Below are positions 12,721-25,458 of a stretch of 64,000 bases of DNA, piece after piece (positions within the stretch are counted from its first letter, which is position 1; every line of letters begins with the position of its first letter). Location of the stretch: contig CM052816.1 in the NCBI GenBank assembly GCA_028534125.1, positions 66,032,001 to 66,096,000 on the forward strand. Direction: 5' to 3'. Below the pieces are notes generated by a model that was not told the DNA's origin, did no database searches, and was given only the letters and a program-made list of their open reading frames with translations. Both the position numbers and the translations under genes were made by a program. The DNA is from Lama glama (lineage: Eukaryota).

Positions 12721-15700
12721 AGGGCAAATTTAATTACAGCGAAATTATAGATTAATCTGTCTTTGCAAAACTGAGTCTTCACACTCAGGACATTAGATAT
12801 ATTTTATTTTTCTAGTTTCTTTTAATGCCCTCCAGTGAAACTTTATAATATTATTTCTATAAGACTTAAACATTTTTTATTAAATTTATTTCTAGATATT
12901 TTGTGTGTTTCATAACTATTGTAAATGGGGTATTTTCTCTGTTTTCTAATTGGTTGTTGCTGGTATATAGAAAGTCTATTGTGTACTATATGTATTTTAT
13001 AATATTCTACCTTTCTTATAAATTATAATTTTCTACCTTTCTTATATATTTTAGTTGACTGTCCTGAAATTTGGGTTTTAGAATTATCATCTGAAAATAA
13101 AAGTTTACGCCCTTCTTTCAAATATTTGTACGTCATACTTGTTTTTCTTATTTGATTGCTTAGGTTAGAACTTCCTGAGCAGTATTAAATAATTGGAGAC
13201 AATGGACAGTCCTATCTTGTTTCTGATTTGTTTCACTGCTAATTATAGATATTGAATAAAAGCTACTCACTAGCATGATAAAGAACCACTCTTCTATTCC
13301 TAGTGTAGTCATTTTACTATCAACTTTTCAATAAGCATGTTGGGCTGCATCATGGACATTGTTGATTGCATAGGAAAAAGACTGGATTCAATTTTATGCT
13401 ATAGGGGACCATTGTAAAATAATATGAATTTGAGAAAATGATACTTAAAAAAAACTTTCATAATTCAACCATCCAGTGATAATTGTATAACCAAGTGGAC
13501 AGAGGTAGAGGAAATACATACAGAAGGATTGAGCCTAACAGAAAAGTCAGAGAAATAAATCCACTTTTCTTACTTGATTTCTTTTTACCCATAAGACTCA
13601 GAATATTTGATAGCAAAACAATTTGAAATTGATAGAGATATTGAATAAAATTTATACATAACCACTAAAAGCTTACCTATTTTTCTAGTTCTTATTGTAT
13701 ATACATACTTATAAAAAGCAAAACTGAACAACAGGAAGTTATTAGTCCTTACAGAGGACAGCATTCAACTTTCTCTTCTGAAATAGGAAATGCCAGTAAT
13801 TGATACTCTAGTCATTTTTCTCAACAGTCTTGTAGTTTCTATAAAAAATTGTTCAAACGATACTTGGTTCTCACTATTTTGATGACTAAATTTTTTTTCA
13901 AATTAAAAAAAATAGTTTTCATATTATGGATAATGTGGCATCATTCGGAATTATGAATTCTCCTTGGAGATAGTAGGACTTTGCGCTTTTTCCTCATTGT
14001 TCCCCAGATAATACATTTCAATACATAATAATCAATGATTTGAGGATTAATGTTTCTTTGGAATTAGTCTGTCCCTGTTTCATTAGAAGTGTCTAACACA
14101 TAAACTACTTGAGATGTCGATGAAGATTGTGTTATTCTGCTCCTTCAAAATAACTGATAGATAGTATTGAACTATGATTTTATGTTTAAGATTTTACCTA
14201 GTTAATTATATCTGAGGTAAGAATATAAACTTATATACTACCTCCTTCATATTACTAGTACAGATCTTGAATGATAATGAGTTTCATGATTGAAAGATTA
14301 CATGTAATATTGGGAAAGCATCACATCTCCTCTTTGTGAATCTGACTTCCATGCCTGTCAAGATTGGTACAGATTCAAGTTCTTTTCAGTGAACTTCAAA
14401 GGAGATCAAAACCAGTGATCATCTGTGTCACCACTTTCACATGATCGCTGTCTGGGGCCCCTCTTTTGCCCTGCAGCCTTTTGCTAAAGAGAAAGTCACA
14501 TTTTTAGCTGAGTACTTGCTTTCACAGTTTCTTTTTTACACCTTTAGGTAATGAGTGGCAAAAAGCAGTATGAAGATATTGGTGGATGGAGATACATTCC
14601 TTTACCATCTGCTGAGTATTCTGGAGAATGGAGACAAATCCCACTCCTTAAAGGAGTGAAGTCATTGTGCAGAAAGTTTAGCTTTGAGGATTAATTTAAG
14701 AATTCAGAGCAGGCCATGTTGTGGTGGGCAGTCCAGCATGATTCTTTGTGGTTTTTAGTAAATTACAGACTGTTTACACTGGCGGGGCCTAGAGAGATCA
14801 GTTTAGAGGGGAGGAAACTGAGGCCCACAGAGTTCTGGTGGCGTGTCTATCACATTTCTGTGAGCCACAAATCAGAATCTACATTCCAGAACTGCTGTTT
14901 TATTACGGAACTTACAGTGACACATTCTGAGGTCATGCAGGAAATGAACTGGAGGGAAACGCTAGGAAATAGGTCAGTAGCTTGAGATGATGCAGGCTGC
15001 CAGGCAGTCTTCAGCTTCCCTGACCCGAATGGCGTTGGGAACATGGAAAACGTGCGTGCGTGCGTCTGTGTGTCTGACTGCAGCCTCCCTGTTCTATGCA
15101 TCATGTGTTCAGCTGAGCTTTGCGCTGTACAGACAGAAGCCACACGCTACTTCAGCCAACATTTTCTAATACTGCTTCTTTTTTTTCCCATTAGAAGTAG
15201 CAAATTTATTTTTTCATTCTTGAAATTTAGAGTTAGAAAAATAAAAAAAGATTCAAACGTATTTTTAAATATTAAAGGAATCCCTACTAAAATTAGACAT
15301 AAGAGATACAGATGCCTTACAGTTCAGAAGACAATACAAGAGCAAACAAAATGTGGTCCACTGAACACACATGCATGCTAATACTGCTTCTTTATAGAAA
15401 TAAACTCTTTCGGTATTTCAGACATATTAGGGTATCAATGAGATGAGACCCAGTTGTGCTTAAAAAATGTACTATGTGCCTATGTGTGTAGAAATGTCTT
15501 AGAAAAAGTATTAATTTTGTACAGTAATGAACACTAGGTTGTAGAATTATATGTGATTTTTATTTTCTTTACTCTTCCTGTGTTTCCTAAGATTTCTACC
15601 ATGGGACTTTCTTTTAATGTATAGTTTTATTACATAATAAGTACTTTCCTGTGGTAAAATACTTAAAATATTGCAAAGTATGAACAAGTCCTCCTCCACA

Positions 15701-16056
15701 TTCCTTTAAACTTGCTTTCTTTGAAAGTAACCACTTAGCAATGGATACAATTTGGTGTATATCCTTCTAGAATTTTTAACTGGATATTAAGTTATTAGAA
15801 TTCTGGAAAATTTTTAAATCAAAAGTGATGTACAACACATGTTTTTCTGAGACTGGCTTTTTGTTTGATACATTTTGGAGATTATTTCATTTCAGTACAT
15901 ATCAATCTGTAGTAATATTCTGTTTTAATTATCTAAAAATGTTTTTATTAGTTCTGATTCTATAAAGTTTAGCAGGATAGTAAAGATGTCTGAATAAAGG
16001 AATTTTTGTTAGAGAATTAAGTGAAATTCTTATAACTAACATGACTATAAAATTTC

Positions 16057-16135
16057 CTTTTTTTTTTTTTAACTGAAGCACCGTCAGCTACAATATGTCA
16101 ATTTCTTGGTGTATAGCACAATGTCCCAGTCATTA
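16057..16135 (-). mobile_element. Very short young L1 3' end
   Basis: Poly-T followed by aactgaagcaccgtcagctacaatatgtcaatttc...gtcccagtca; same family as the 24001 and 54293 copies. Confidence 0.7.
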
Positions 16136-19100
16136 TAACAATATTCTTAAATTGCCCATAGTATGCACATCAAATTTCTTACTTAATTATTTTCCTATTG
16201 ATGGACTTTTTTGATAGGACAGACAGTACGTACTGCAGTGAACATGGTTGTGCACACTTGTTTATGTGTTGCATTGATTTTTTAAATCAGGGAACTAGTT
16301 ATGAAGATGGAAAGAGAGACAACTAGCGGGGCAGAACCTAAGAGAAGAGAAGGTTAAAGGAGAGTGATCAGGTATTTCTGTAGGACAGAATATTCATCCC
16401 CTATGTCTCAGCAAACTCCACAAAAGATTCAGTTGCTCACTCGGGAAATAGTGACTCAGCTGTAGAAGAGAAATTTTTAGGAATTCAGGGCTCCTCAGAA
16501 GTTTGGGTAAAAACCTACACTGACAAGATAGTTTTTGTCTTTGTTCTTCTTGGGCAAGAAAGGGTATCTCCTCTGACCTCCAGGCAGAAGGTGGCTGTGT
16601 TAGGGTGGGTGTGTCTGATGGGTGAAAGAGCAGGGTCTTGGCCTTGGCCATCCCTGAGTCTCCCGTCCCAGCCCTGCAGCCTTCTCCTAGCACAACTGAT
16701 TGATCATATGCAAGTGGTAGCCTTCAGGTGTGTTTCAGAACATACATTATTGGGAATTCTTGCCAAATCTTGAAAATCAGCTGTCAGACTTAATGCATGT
16801 AGAGTATGGTGTAACTGCTTCAGCTGCCTACAACTCTTTTTTACAATTCAAAACAAATTGGAGAAAAATGGGGGAATTTTTTTTCCTAGAAAAACAAAGT
16901 GACAAGAAAATCATGGTTGTGTTGAATGCACCTTAGGGACAACTCAGTTTATTTAAAACTTCAGTTCTATAATAACTAGCTAATGTTAGTTATCATTTTG
17001 TTAACTATTTACTCTAGATAGACATTCTGCTAAGAGTTTTATATATAATGCCTTTTTAATATTTGGAAGAGACCTATGAAATATATCACAACTTTACAAA
17101 CAAGAAGCCTGAGATGTGAGAGGTTACATAACTTGACCAATAGTCACACAGTTTTGAATCCAACTTTTTTTTGTATATTTAAAATTCTAGCTCTTAACAC
17201 CAGACTGGAAATAAACCTATATTTAGTTGTTTAGAATGTTTCCATATTGGTGGCAACTCCAGCAAAAATAATGTATTTCACCTAATATATGTTGTAGGTT
17301 AGTACTTTGGGTTATATTATTGCTTTGAAATGTGATGCCTTTTATAATATACTGAAATTCTGTGTTATAGATAAGACTATGTAGCAGGAAGACAGTATGG
17401 CTTTTGCTTTTATTTGTGTCAGTCATACTATCTTGTTTGAGCTTTCGAAGAAGGGGAGTGACAGGGTGGAGATAAGCAAAGCAGGTTAGTTGATATGTAT
17501 GATCCTAAAATCTGAGTTATTTAGCATTTTTAAGGCTAAACACTGAGTGAGTTTTATGAACATAAGTTGGCAGGAAAATTAGTACCCATGTGCTCAATAA
17601 CAGTTCTTTGCTCTTAGGAGAGAGCAGTTATTTCAACTTGAGTGTAACAATCATATTTATCAAACTTGCTGACTTCATGAACTGTATATACATTGTCAGG
17701 CTCCTAAAAGTGTGTATTTACAATCACCAGGTGCACCTGAGCGTCCATATTATCACTGTTGATGGAGTTAGCTTTTTTTTTTTTTTTTTGCATTTCTTTT
17801 ATTGTCACTGAAGACTTCAAACAGCCCAGCTGGTATTTTCTGCCATTATGGAGAAATATTCTTAAACCTAATTGCTTACATAGAGTACAAATAAGAGATT
17901 TTTTCTATTAGACTTTTAAAGGACTTGTTCTCTAGATTTAAACTCCAATGTTTTACTAATGGGAATACGTTCTTCTTTTATTTACCAAGAGGCTCCACTT
18001 ACAGCTGGAGAAATGTGTTGTTTTCCTATTTATAAGTAACGCTGTAAAGCATGTACTGTGTAAAGTAGAAATTACTGATGTGAAAATGGTCATTTTGGTT
18101 TACGTGGATTGTGGAAGTCAGCCAGGGGATTCTGTTTGATTAACTTTGGGGAAGCTATAGTTTTCTTTTGTCTCTGTGGCCTTCCTTCTAGTTTATTCCA
18201 AGAATGCTCAGCAGGTTGCCTCAGAGCGCCAAACGAAAGCACAGTTCTTGGAAAGTGCTCTCCGGAAGGCTGGGCAATGGCATTTAGGACTGCCAAACAT
18301 CAGGAAATAGAAAAACAGAGGAATAAATTACCTCATTTACAAAGAATGTCATTTTAGGTTAAATCACATAGGAAAAAATAGTCTGGGTCTTTAAAAAATA
18401 CAGATTTTTATAACTGAAAAATATGGATAAAAATGAATATAGATTGTGGGAAAAAATGAAATGGTATTCTAAAAGATAACTTTTATGTCTAGCTAATTTT
18501 CATCTTAGAAAAATGGTGAGAATCTTTTGTAAGCTCTACATTTGTGGGAAGTAATGATAGATTTTGAAATAATCCCAGTAAGTTATTTGAAATTATAATA
18601 TGGATAATTATAGAAAGTATTTTTTCTTTGTACCTGATTCAAAATAAGCAAATGTTTAAGTTTGTGATCTTTTTATTTATAAGAAATGCAGTATATTAAT
18701 AAATGTCTGTTTATTTAAGTGAGAAGATAGACCAAATCTGACAGAATGAGTTTTCTTGGCAATAAATGTGCATATCAACAATTTGAAAGTTTAGAAAAAA
18801 AAACTTTCTTAGTCAAGGTAACTAAAGTATAGTTTTGCATAGTATCATTCTGAATAGTAAGCATATCCACTGTCCAAAGGAGCAAACTAAAACAAGAAAT
18901 TTGTTGAAAAGGGAGAGGTTTCAGATAATCTAACCCAAAATTTAATGACTTTTTCAGAAGAATAGATTTGATAATATAAACTAAGCCAAAATGAGATTAG
19001 TCATAAATTACACATGGTGTATTCTTTTCCTTCTTATTTTCCACTCTGTGTTCCCCATTACATTGTTCCTGTGCATGAAAAATAATTACATGGCATTTCT

Positions 19101-19487
19101 TGTACCCATCATAGATAGACATAATTAACAAGTTGTGCTTTTTCTGTAGACCTCAGAATCCTTTCCAGCAAAGGACCCTTCAAAGGACCCACTAACAATA
19201 GATTAGAATTGAATCCTAATTGTGTCCCCAAGATCTTCTGATCAGTTCATTTTATACTTGCTCTTAGGAAAATAATCTGTATCTACAATGAGAAGTAAGG
19301 AACTGTGTGGTACAATAAAAAAAAAGAAATGCTCTAAAAGAAATCAGGACATTATGTCCTAGTCCTGGTTCTGTCATTAAAAGTAGAATCTTGGCAACTT
19401 GTAACTTCTCTAGGACTGATTTCCAGTCTGTAAAGTTAAGAGGGTTAGGCTACAGTCTCCTTCTAAAATCCTGCCCAATTTCAACTC

Positions 19488-19745
19488 TTTTTTTTTTTTA
19501 ACCTTTTTTCTTTTAATTGAAGTATAATCAGTTACAATGTGTCAATTTCTGGTGTAGAGCATAATGTTTCAGTCATACATATATATATACATATATTCGT
19601 TTTCATATTCTTTTTCATTATAGATTACTACGAGATATTGAAGTATAGTTCCCTGCATTATACGGAAGAAATTTGTTTTTCATTTATTTTAATAGTTAAT
19701 ATTTGCAATTCTTCAATTCCCAATTTATCCCTTCCTCAACTTTTT
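19488..19745 (-). mobile_element. Young L1 3' end
   Basis: Poly-T followed by aattgaagtataatcagttacaatgtgtcaatttctggtgtagagc...tcccaatttatccctt. Confidence 0.85.
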
Positions 19746-21902
19746 TTATATTCTGTATCTTTACCAACCCCACAAAGACTTCTTCCCCTTCCCTACATAC
19801 ACACTGTTCCACATCCGCAACATTTTGCACATTCTTTTATTTCAGCTCGGGCTGCCTTTTATTACCTTTGCAGCCTGGCAAAACCACCATTCATCTTCCA
19901 GGATCCACCTCAAATGTCAGCTCTTTAGCACTAAAGCCTTCTCCATTTTCCCCCAAGTCATGGGTCAAGTGAGTTGCCCTCAGCTTCATGCTGATCTGAT
20001 GTAGATCCGTCTTCACTGCTTTCTACATATTTACTGATCTGTTTTCTCCTAATAATCCGACAAAGGAGAGACCAGACCCTTGATGTTTGTACTCTCAGAA
20101 CTGTGCTGCTTCATACATATCTAATGTTAACTGGAATTTTATTGAATTAATACAGTGAAAAAGTATCTCTCCACGACAAGTTTAAAGTCTACTTAGTGAA
20201 GATTATTCTTTATATGATTTTAAATGCATATACTTTGGTGAAATACTCATAGTAAGTTTTGTGACATTCATGACCTAAACAATTCATGACCTGTGTACCT
20301 GATAAACCACAGGAAGCACAGGTAATTCAGTGGACTTTGAGATCAGCAGTCCTAAAGATATTGCAGGTCAGTGTTAAATACAGTAACAAAGAAAGAGCTC
20401 ATGCAAATAAGGAAGGAAAACACTAAAGCTTTAATGTTAAATCATCAGAGACATGTTCAGACAATTCACAAAAGAAAATATAAATGACAAGTTAGAATAT
20501 TAAAAAAAAATACTGGGACTTCTAGGTAAAGATGGGGCAGTTAACACAGCCATTTAATACCTCTACCTTCTGAAAACCATAAAAGGACTTTTAAAAGCAT
20601 AAACCACAATGACAAAGTGGGAAAGGAGTAACAATAGCAAAATTTTGGAAGCTTGAAAACAAGTGGACAAGTAGTAACTGTCTCTGTAGATAGTTAAGGC
20701 TGAATCTTACGCTAGCATTGGGGAGAGAAAGAAAAGCAATCCCATTAATTGTGCCAAACAACAAAAAAGAAAAAAAGAAATCAACCATATCCTGTACCTA
20801 AGAAAGTGGGGTAAAATCTAAAACAGTTAGACCTGCAGGTCCCATTGTGTTCTCCAGAGCGGTGTGACCGTCCCTCATTCACCCCAGCAAAATACTGGGC
20901 ATTTATTCTCAGGAGGGTAAAAGCCCTGGTCCTATGACAGAGAAAGTTATTTATTGAGACGATGCCAGATCAGGTTAATAGTGCCAAGACTGGAATCTGG
21001 ATGAAGGCTCGCACGGCCATCTGGCAGTGTGAGTCACTGGAGCATCGAGGACCAGAGGCTTGTGCGAGTGCTCGCTGTGTGGATGATGACTGCTGTTTTC
21101 GTGACCGCCCAGGAATCTCCCAGGGAAGGGGAGGGCTTCCCTACTGGGTAAAAAAATGAACTTCCTATCCTGTAACAGAATTCATAAATAGTATGTATGA
21201 TAAGGAATGGGGTTCTTATTAAGGTAGAAAATAATGATTCAGATAATGGTAGGAGCACCGCTGAAATATTCTTGGACGATTTTTCAGTCCTTGCATATTC
21301 AGACATGCTGGCACATCCAGACTCTCACATGGAATGTGTTTGCTGTAAACTTTTCTTTCTCTGTTTTCTCCAATGCTGTAAAACCTTCTAATCTTGATGT
21401 ACCAAGTCTTTTAACATTGGGGTATTACAAAAGAGGTCTGTGTTTCAGTGGTATGGGGAATGAAGAAGGGATAAGGAGGAAGAAAGATTTAAATTGGTTT
21501 TTAGAATGCTTTCCTTTGTTTATCAGTTGAAAGAAGAGGTGGAAAGACAGATTATTTCGATAGCATTATGCTCCAACTGCACTGATTATCCATTCCTCCA
21601 AGAAACCATTTTAATTCTGGCCACTTGAATTTCACTTTACTCCTTCGGTCTGAAACAGCCTAACAAACTTGTTCTGCCTGATAAACTTGACTTACTCTTC
21701 CAGACCAACTTGAAATGTTCCCTCCAGTGTGAACACTTCCATGACTCCAGAATATAACAATTATCATAACTGCAATTTAACGAGCCGCCTGGCCTTTTAG
21801 CTGATTCTGATACTGTCAGATAAGCAAGGTAGTTTTATCCTCACTTCACAAAAAAGGAAACTGAGGCTGAGAAGACTTGAGTAAGTGGCTTAAGAGCACA
21901 GA

Positions 21903-22248
21903 CAGTTGTCCTTCTGTATCCACAGGTGGTTCCAGGACACCCTGCAGATACCAAACTTTGAGGCTGCTCCAGTCTCTTATATAAAATGGTGTAGTATATG
22001 CATTTAACCTAACATCCTCCCTACACTTTAAATCATCTCATCTCTTGATTACTTATAATAACCAGTATAATGTAAATGCTATGTAAATTGTTATAAATAC
22101 AATGTAAATGCTATGTAAATCATTGCCAGCATGAAGCAAATTCAGGTTTTGCTTTTTAGAACTCTCTGGAGATTTTTTTTTTAATATTTTTAATCCACAG
22201 TTGATTGAATCCATAGATGTGAGAGCCGTGAGTACAAAGGGCAGACTG
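21903..22248 (+). mobile_element. MER2-type (TcMar-Tigger) DNA transposon inserted into a MIR
   Basis: Ends cagttgtcc... and ...gggcagactg-TA. Internal ggttccaggac...gataccaaa...cttatataaaatgg...ctttaaatcatctc. MIR sequence (gaaactgaggctgaga) lies immediately upstream. Confidence 0.85.
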
Positions 22249-24000
22249 TAGCTAGAATAAAAACCAAGTGCAAAACCTAAGGCCCTTTACTTTGAAATCT
22301 GCATCATTTACTGATCATTTTGTTTGATATTTGTTGATGCATTTATCTCCCTTCATTCCTTCGTGGGAGAGAAATTGTCTTTTGGTGGGGCATGGCGTTT
22401 TATATATAACATTAGTCAGATTTAAATTTTTAATTTACTGTTGACATGCCTTGTTTGACTCTGCACTCCACAGGGCAAGATGCTGAAACCAGATATGTTT
22501 TATTCCTTATTGAATCCAACACCTGTCATGGTGTTTGCCACAGAAATTACTCAATATATATTTTTGAGTAAGTAAATGAATCAGCTGACAAATGAGTGGA
22601 CAAATGGATGAAGGAGAAGGATTGAGATCCAGCTCTTAGCAAAATAATACTTTTTTTTTTTTTTACTTTCATTGTCCCCATTGTCTGAATAGGCAATGAT
22701 TTCTAAGGCTAATGTGAAATATACCATCAGCATCATCGATCATGTTAACCCATATGAAATCTGTTCCCTAATAGCACCTCAGCACGCTGGCAGTGTGGGT
22801 TAGGGGCAAGTTTTGCTTTCTTACAGAGATACTGAAACTTCAAAATACGCAGCAGTAGAGATGTTGAATTTTGTATTTCATGCGTATAGGCTGTTTTTAA
22901 TCGAGAGCTCAAGTAGTCAGCTTTAAGCTCTGGACTTCAAGCCAGTGTGGTTCATATTTTGTCACCATAGCGTCTGAAACAGAACTTTATTTCAGTGGTA
23001 TTATGAAATTTTCATAAATTTTGAGTTATTGAAAACTGACCACAAAGAGTAATATAGATGATTGCACAGATTACAAAGTACTTAGCCTCTGAGTACTTAA
23101 CGTACAAGGTACTTAGAGTCAATTAAGAAGTATAATTTTAGTTGATAACTTCAAAGTTCTTAAAGTCTAAAAGAGTGTGCTTTTTGTGAAGAAAAGAAAG
23201 TCCATGTCCTGTTTTCCCTTTTTTTTTTAATTAAAGCCCAGAGGATATAAAAAGTGGCAGAAGGTATAACATTATTTCTTCTGTAACAGCACAATCCCAC
23301 ACAATTCTTTTAAATACAAAAGAATAGGCAAAATGTAATGACACTGACTTCAGTTCTAACTCAAGTAAGGCAGGAAATTGAGTGAAATCAGTTTTTCCTC
23401 TAATCTTATGTGGGGAAAAAAATGTGTCATATGGCAAACCCATATGATTCCAATCTGTTTGGTTTATTCATCCCTGCAGTGAAATTCAGACTCCAGAAAC
23501 TATATCAGAAACCTAGTCAATATTTCAACACCATCATCCAGACTAGGAATGTGGTAAGGTACATGGTAACTTAGTGCATTTCAAAAAAAAAAAGGGTGTC
23601 CTGATTGGGACAAGATGTTGATCATGTATCTTTTTCTCTCTTCAGAAACTAATGGTGACTCTCTTCCTTGCAACTCACTCTTTGTAAAGGCATATTTTTC
23701 TCTTCTCTTCTCCATAGAATGAAAAATAAAAAGAAGAAGAATCAGTGTCTTAAAAATCTCTCCATGCTCCCTCACCACTTGGGGACATGACCAGGTTCCT
23801 TTACTAGTCATTCATGTCTCATGATCCTCTTCTGTTCCACCCCACACAAACACACTGTTCCCATGACTTTACACCTTTGTCCATGTTATTCTTTTCTTCT
23901 GGGACCCCTCACCATCTATCCACTCCTTCTCCTACTCCACCCTGACTCCTCTTCCCTGCCCTTCCCTCTTGCTTTTTGATGTATCAAGAATCACCTCCTC

Positions 24001-24180
24001 CACTATATGTAAAAATAGATAAAAAACAGATTTCTTCCATATAGCACAAGGAACTATATTTAATATTTTGTAATAACTTAATGAAAAAGAATATGAATAC
24101 ACACACATACGTGACTGGGACATTATACTGTATACCAGAAATTGACACATTGTAACTGACAATACTTCAGTTTTTAAAAA
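24001..24180 (+). mobile_element. Young 5'-truncated L1 3' end with a TSD
   Basis: TSD AATCACCTCCTC at 23989-24000 and 24181-24192. Body atagcacaaggaactatatt...attgacacattgtaactgac. Confidence 0.88.
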
Positions 24181-24759
24181 AATCACCTCCTCTAGGAAGC
24201 CTCCCAAGAACAAGTTAGTTGCCTCTGTGTTCTGAATGTGCTGTGGAGCCCTCATCACCGTGGTCCACTAGGATTGTTAGCTTTTCTCTCTTCTTGACCA
24301 GACTATGAATTTCTTAAGGGAAAGAACTTATCTTTTCATTTTTGCATGTCCAGCATCTTGTCTAGTGTTTAGCGTATCATATGTGTTTGTTCAATAAATG
24401 TTTGTTGAATGAGTCAATGAATCAGCAATTTTCCATTAGAAGAGTGAAGAAGGTATATTTCTTAGCACAGCATCCAAAAAGCACACAGGAAGAATTGGTA
24501 CATTTTTGCTTGAGGTAAAATTACTTTGACAGGGACCACCTTTGAAACTCCATCTACTTGGGTCTCTTGTGTTCTTTGTGAAATAGGAATATTAATTCTC
24601 AAATCCTATCGAAGGCAATCTAGTTATTAAGGAACAAAACAAACTGATATAAATGGATTTTCTTACAAGAGTCCCAAATCATATATCCTAAGGACAATAT
24701 TATGTTGAAAGGTCTCAGTAACTTCCAAATACTGAGACACATGATAGCATATGAGTAAA

Positions 24760-25328
24760 CAGCATATGTGGTGTATATATGTACACACACACAATGGACT
24801 ACTATTCAGCCATAAAAAAGAATAAAAAATACCATTTGTAGCAACATGGATGGACCTGGAGATCATCATACTAAGTGAAGTTAGCCAGAAAGAGAAGGAA
24901 AGATACCATATAATATCACTTATATGTGAAATCTTAAAATGTGATACAAATGAACTTATTTACAAAACAGAAACAGACTCACAGACATAGAAAACAAACT
25001 TGTAGTTATCAGCGGGCGGAAGGGGGCAAGAAGGGATAAATTGGGAGTTCAGGATTTGCAGGTACTAACTACTATATATAAAATAGATAAACAAGTTTAT
25101 ACTATATAGCACAGGGAGCTCTATTTAATACTTTATAATGGCCTATAATGGAAAAGAATATGAAAAGGAATATATATATATTACACCTTTGTCCATGTTA
25201 TTCTTTTCTTCTGGGACCCCTCACCATCTATCCACTCCTTCTCCTACTCCACCCTGACTCCTCTTCCCTGCCCTTCCCTCTTGCTTTTTGATGTATCAAG
25301 AATCACCTCCTCCACTATATATAAAATG

Positions 25329-25366
<38 letters not shown>

Positions 25367-25458
25367 TATATACATATATATATATAAACTGAATCACTAT
25401 GCTGTACACCAGAAATTAATACAACATTGTAAACCAACTATACTTCAATAAAAAAAAC
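24760..25458 (+). mobile_element. L1 3' end (ORF2 C-terminus plus 3' UTR), interrupted by a 140-bp insertion
   Basis: atggactactattcagccataaaaaag...gcaacatggatggacctggagatcatcatactaagtgaag, ending ctatacttcaataaaaaaaa. Confidence 0.9.
25181..25320 (+). repeat. Exact 140-bp direct copy of 23869-24008
   Basis: Base-by-base identical on reading (ttacacctttgtcc...cctcctccactatat). Confidence 0.95.

Larger units (their letters stand above)
11000..13320 (-). mobile_element. Old L1 ORF2 fragments (about 11.0-11.47 kb and 12.77-13.3 kb) interrupted by a + strand element
   Basis: Antisense L1 ORF2 motifs (attgaaattgcatt; ctgagtcttc; ctattgtaaatggg; ttgctggtatatagaaa; cctatcttgtttctgat). Confidence 0.65.

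Noticed and set aside
15051..15065. (CGTG)n as clustered AHR response elements
   Set aside because: Better explained as a short degenerate microsatellite.
22068..22120. Repeated AATGTAAATGCTATGTAAAT
   Set aside because: It lies within the MER2-type element and is probably an internal feature of that transposon.
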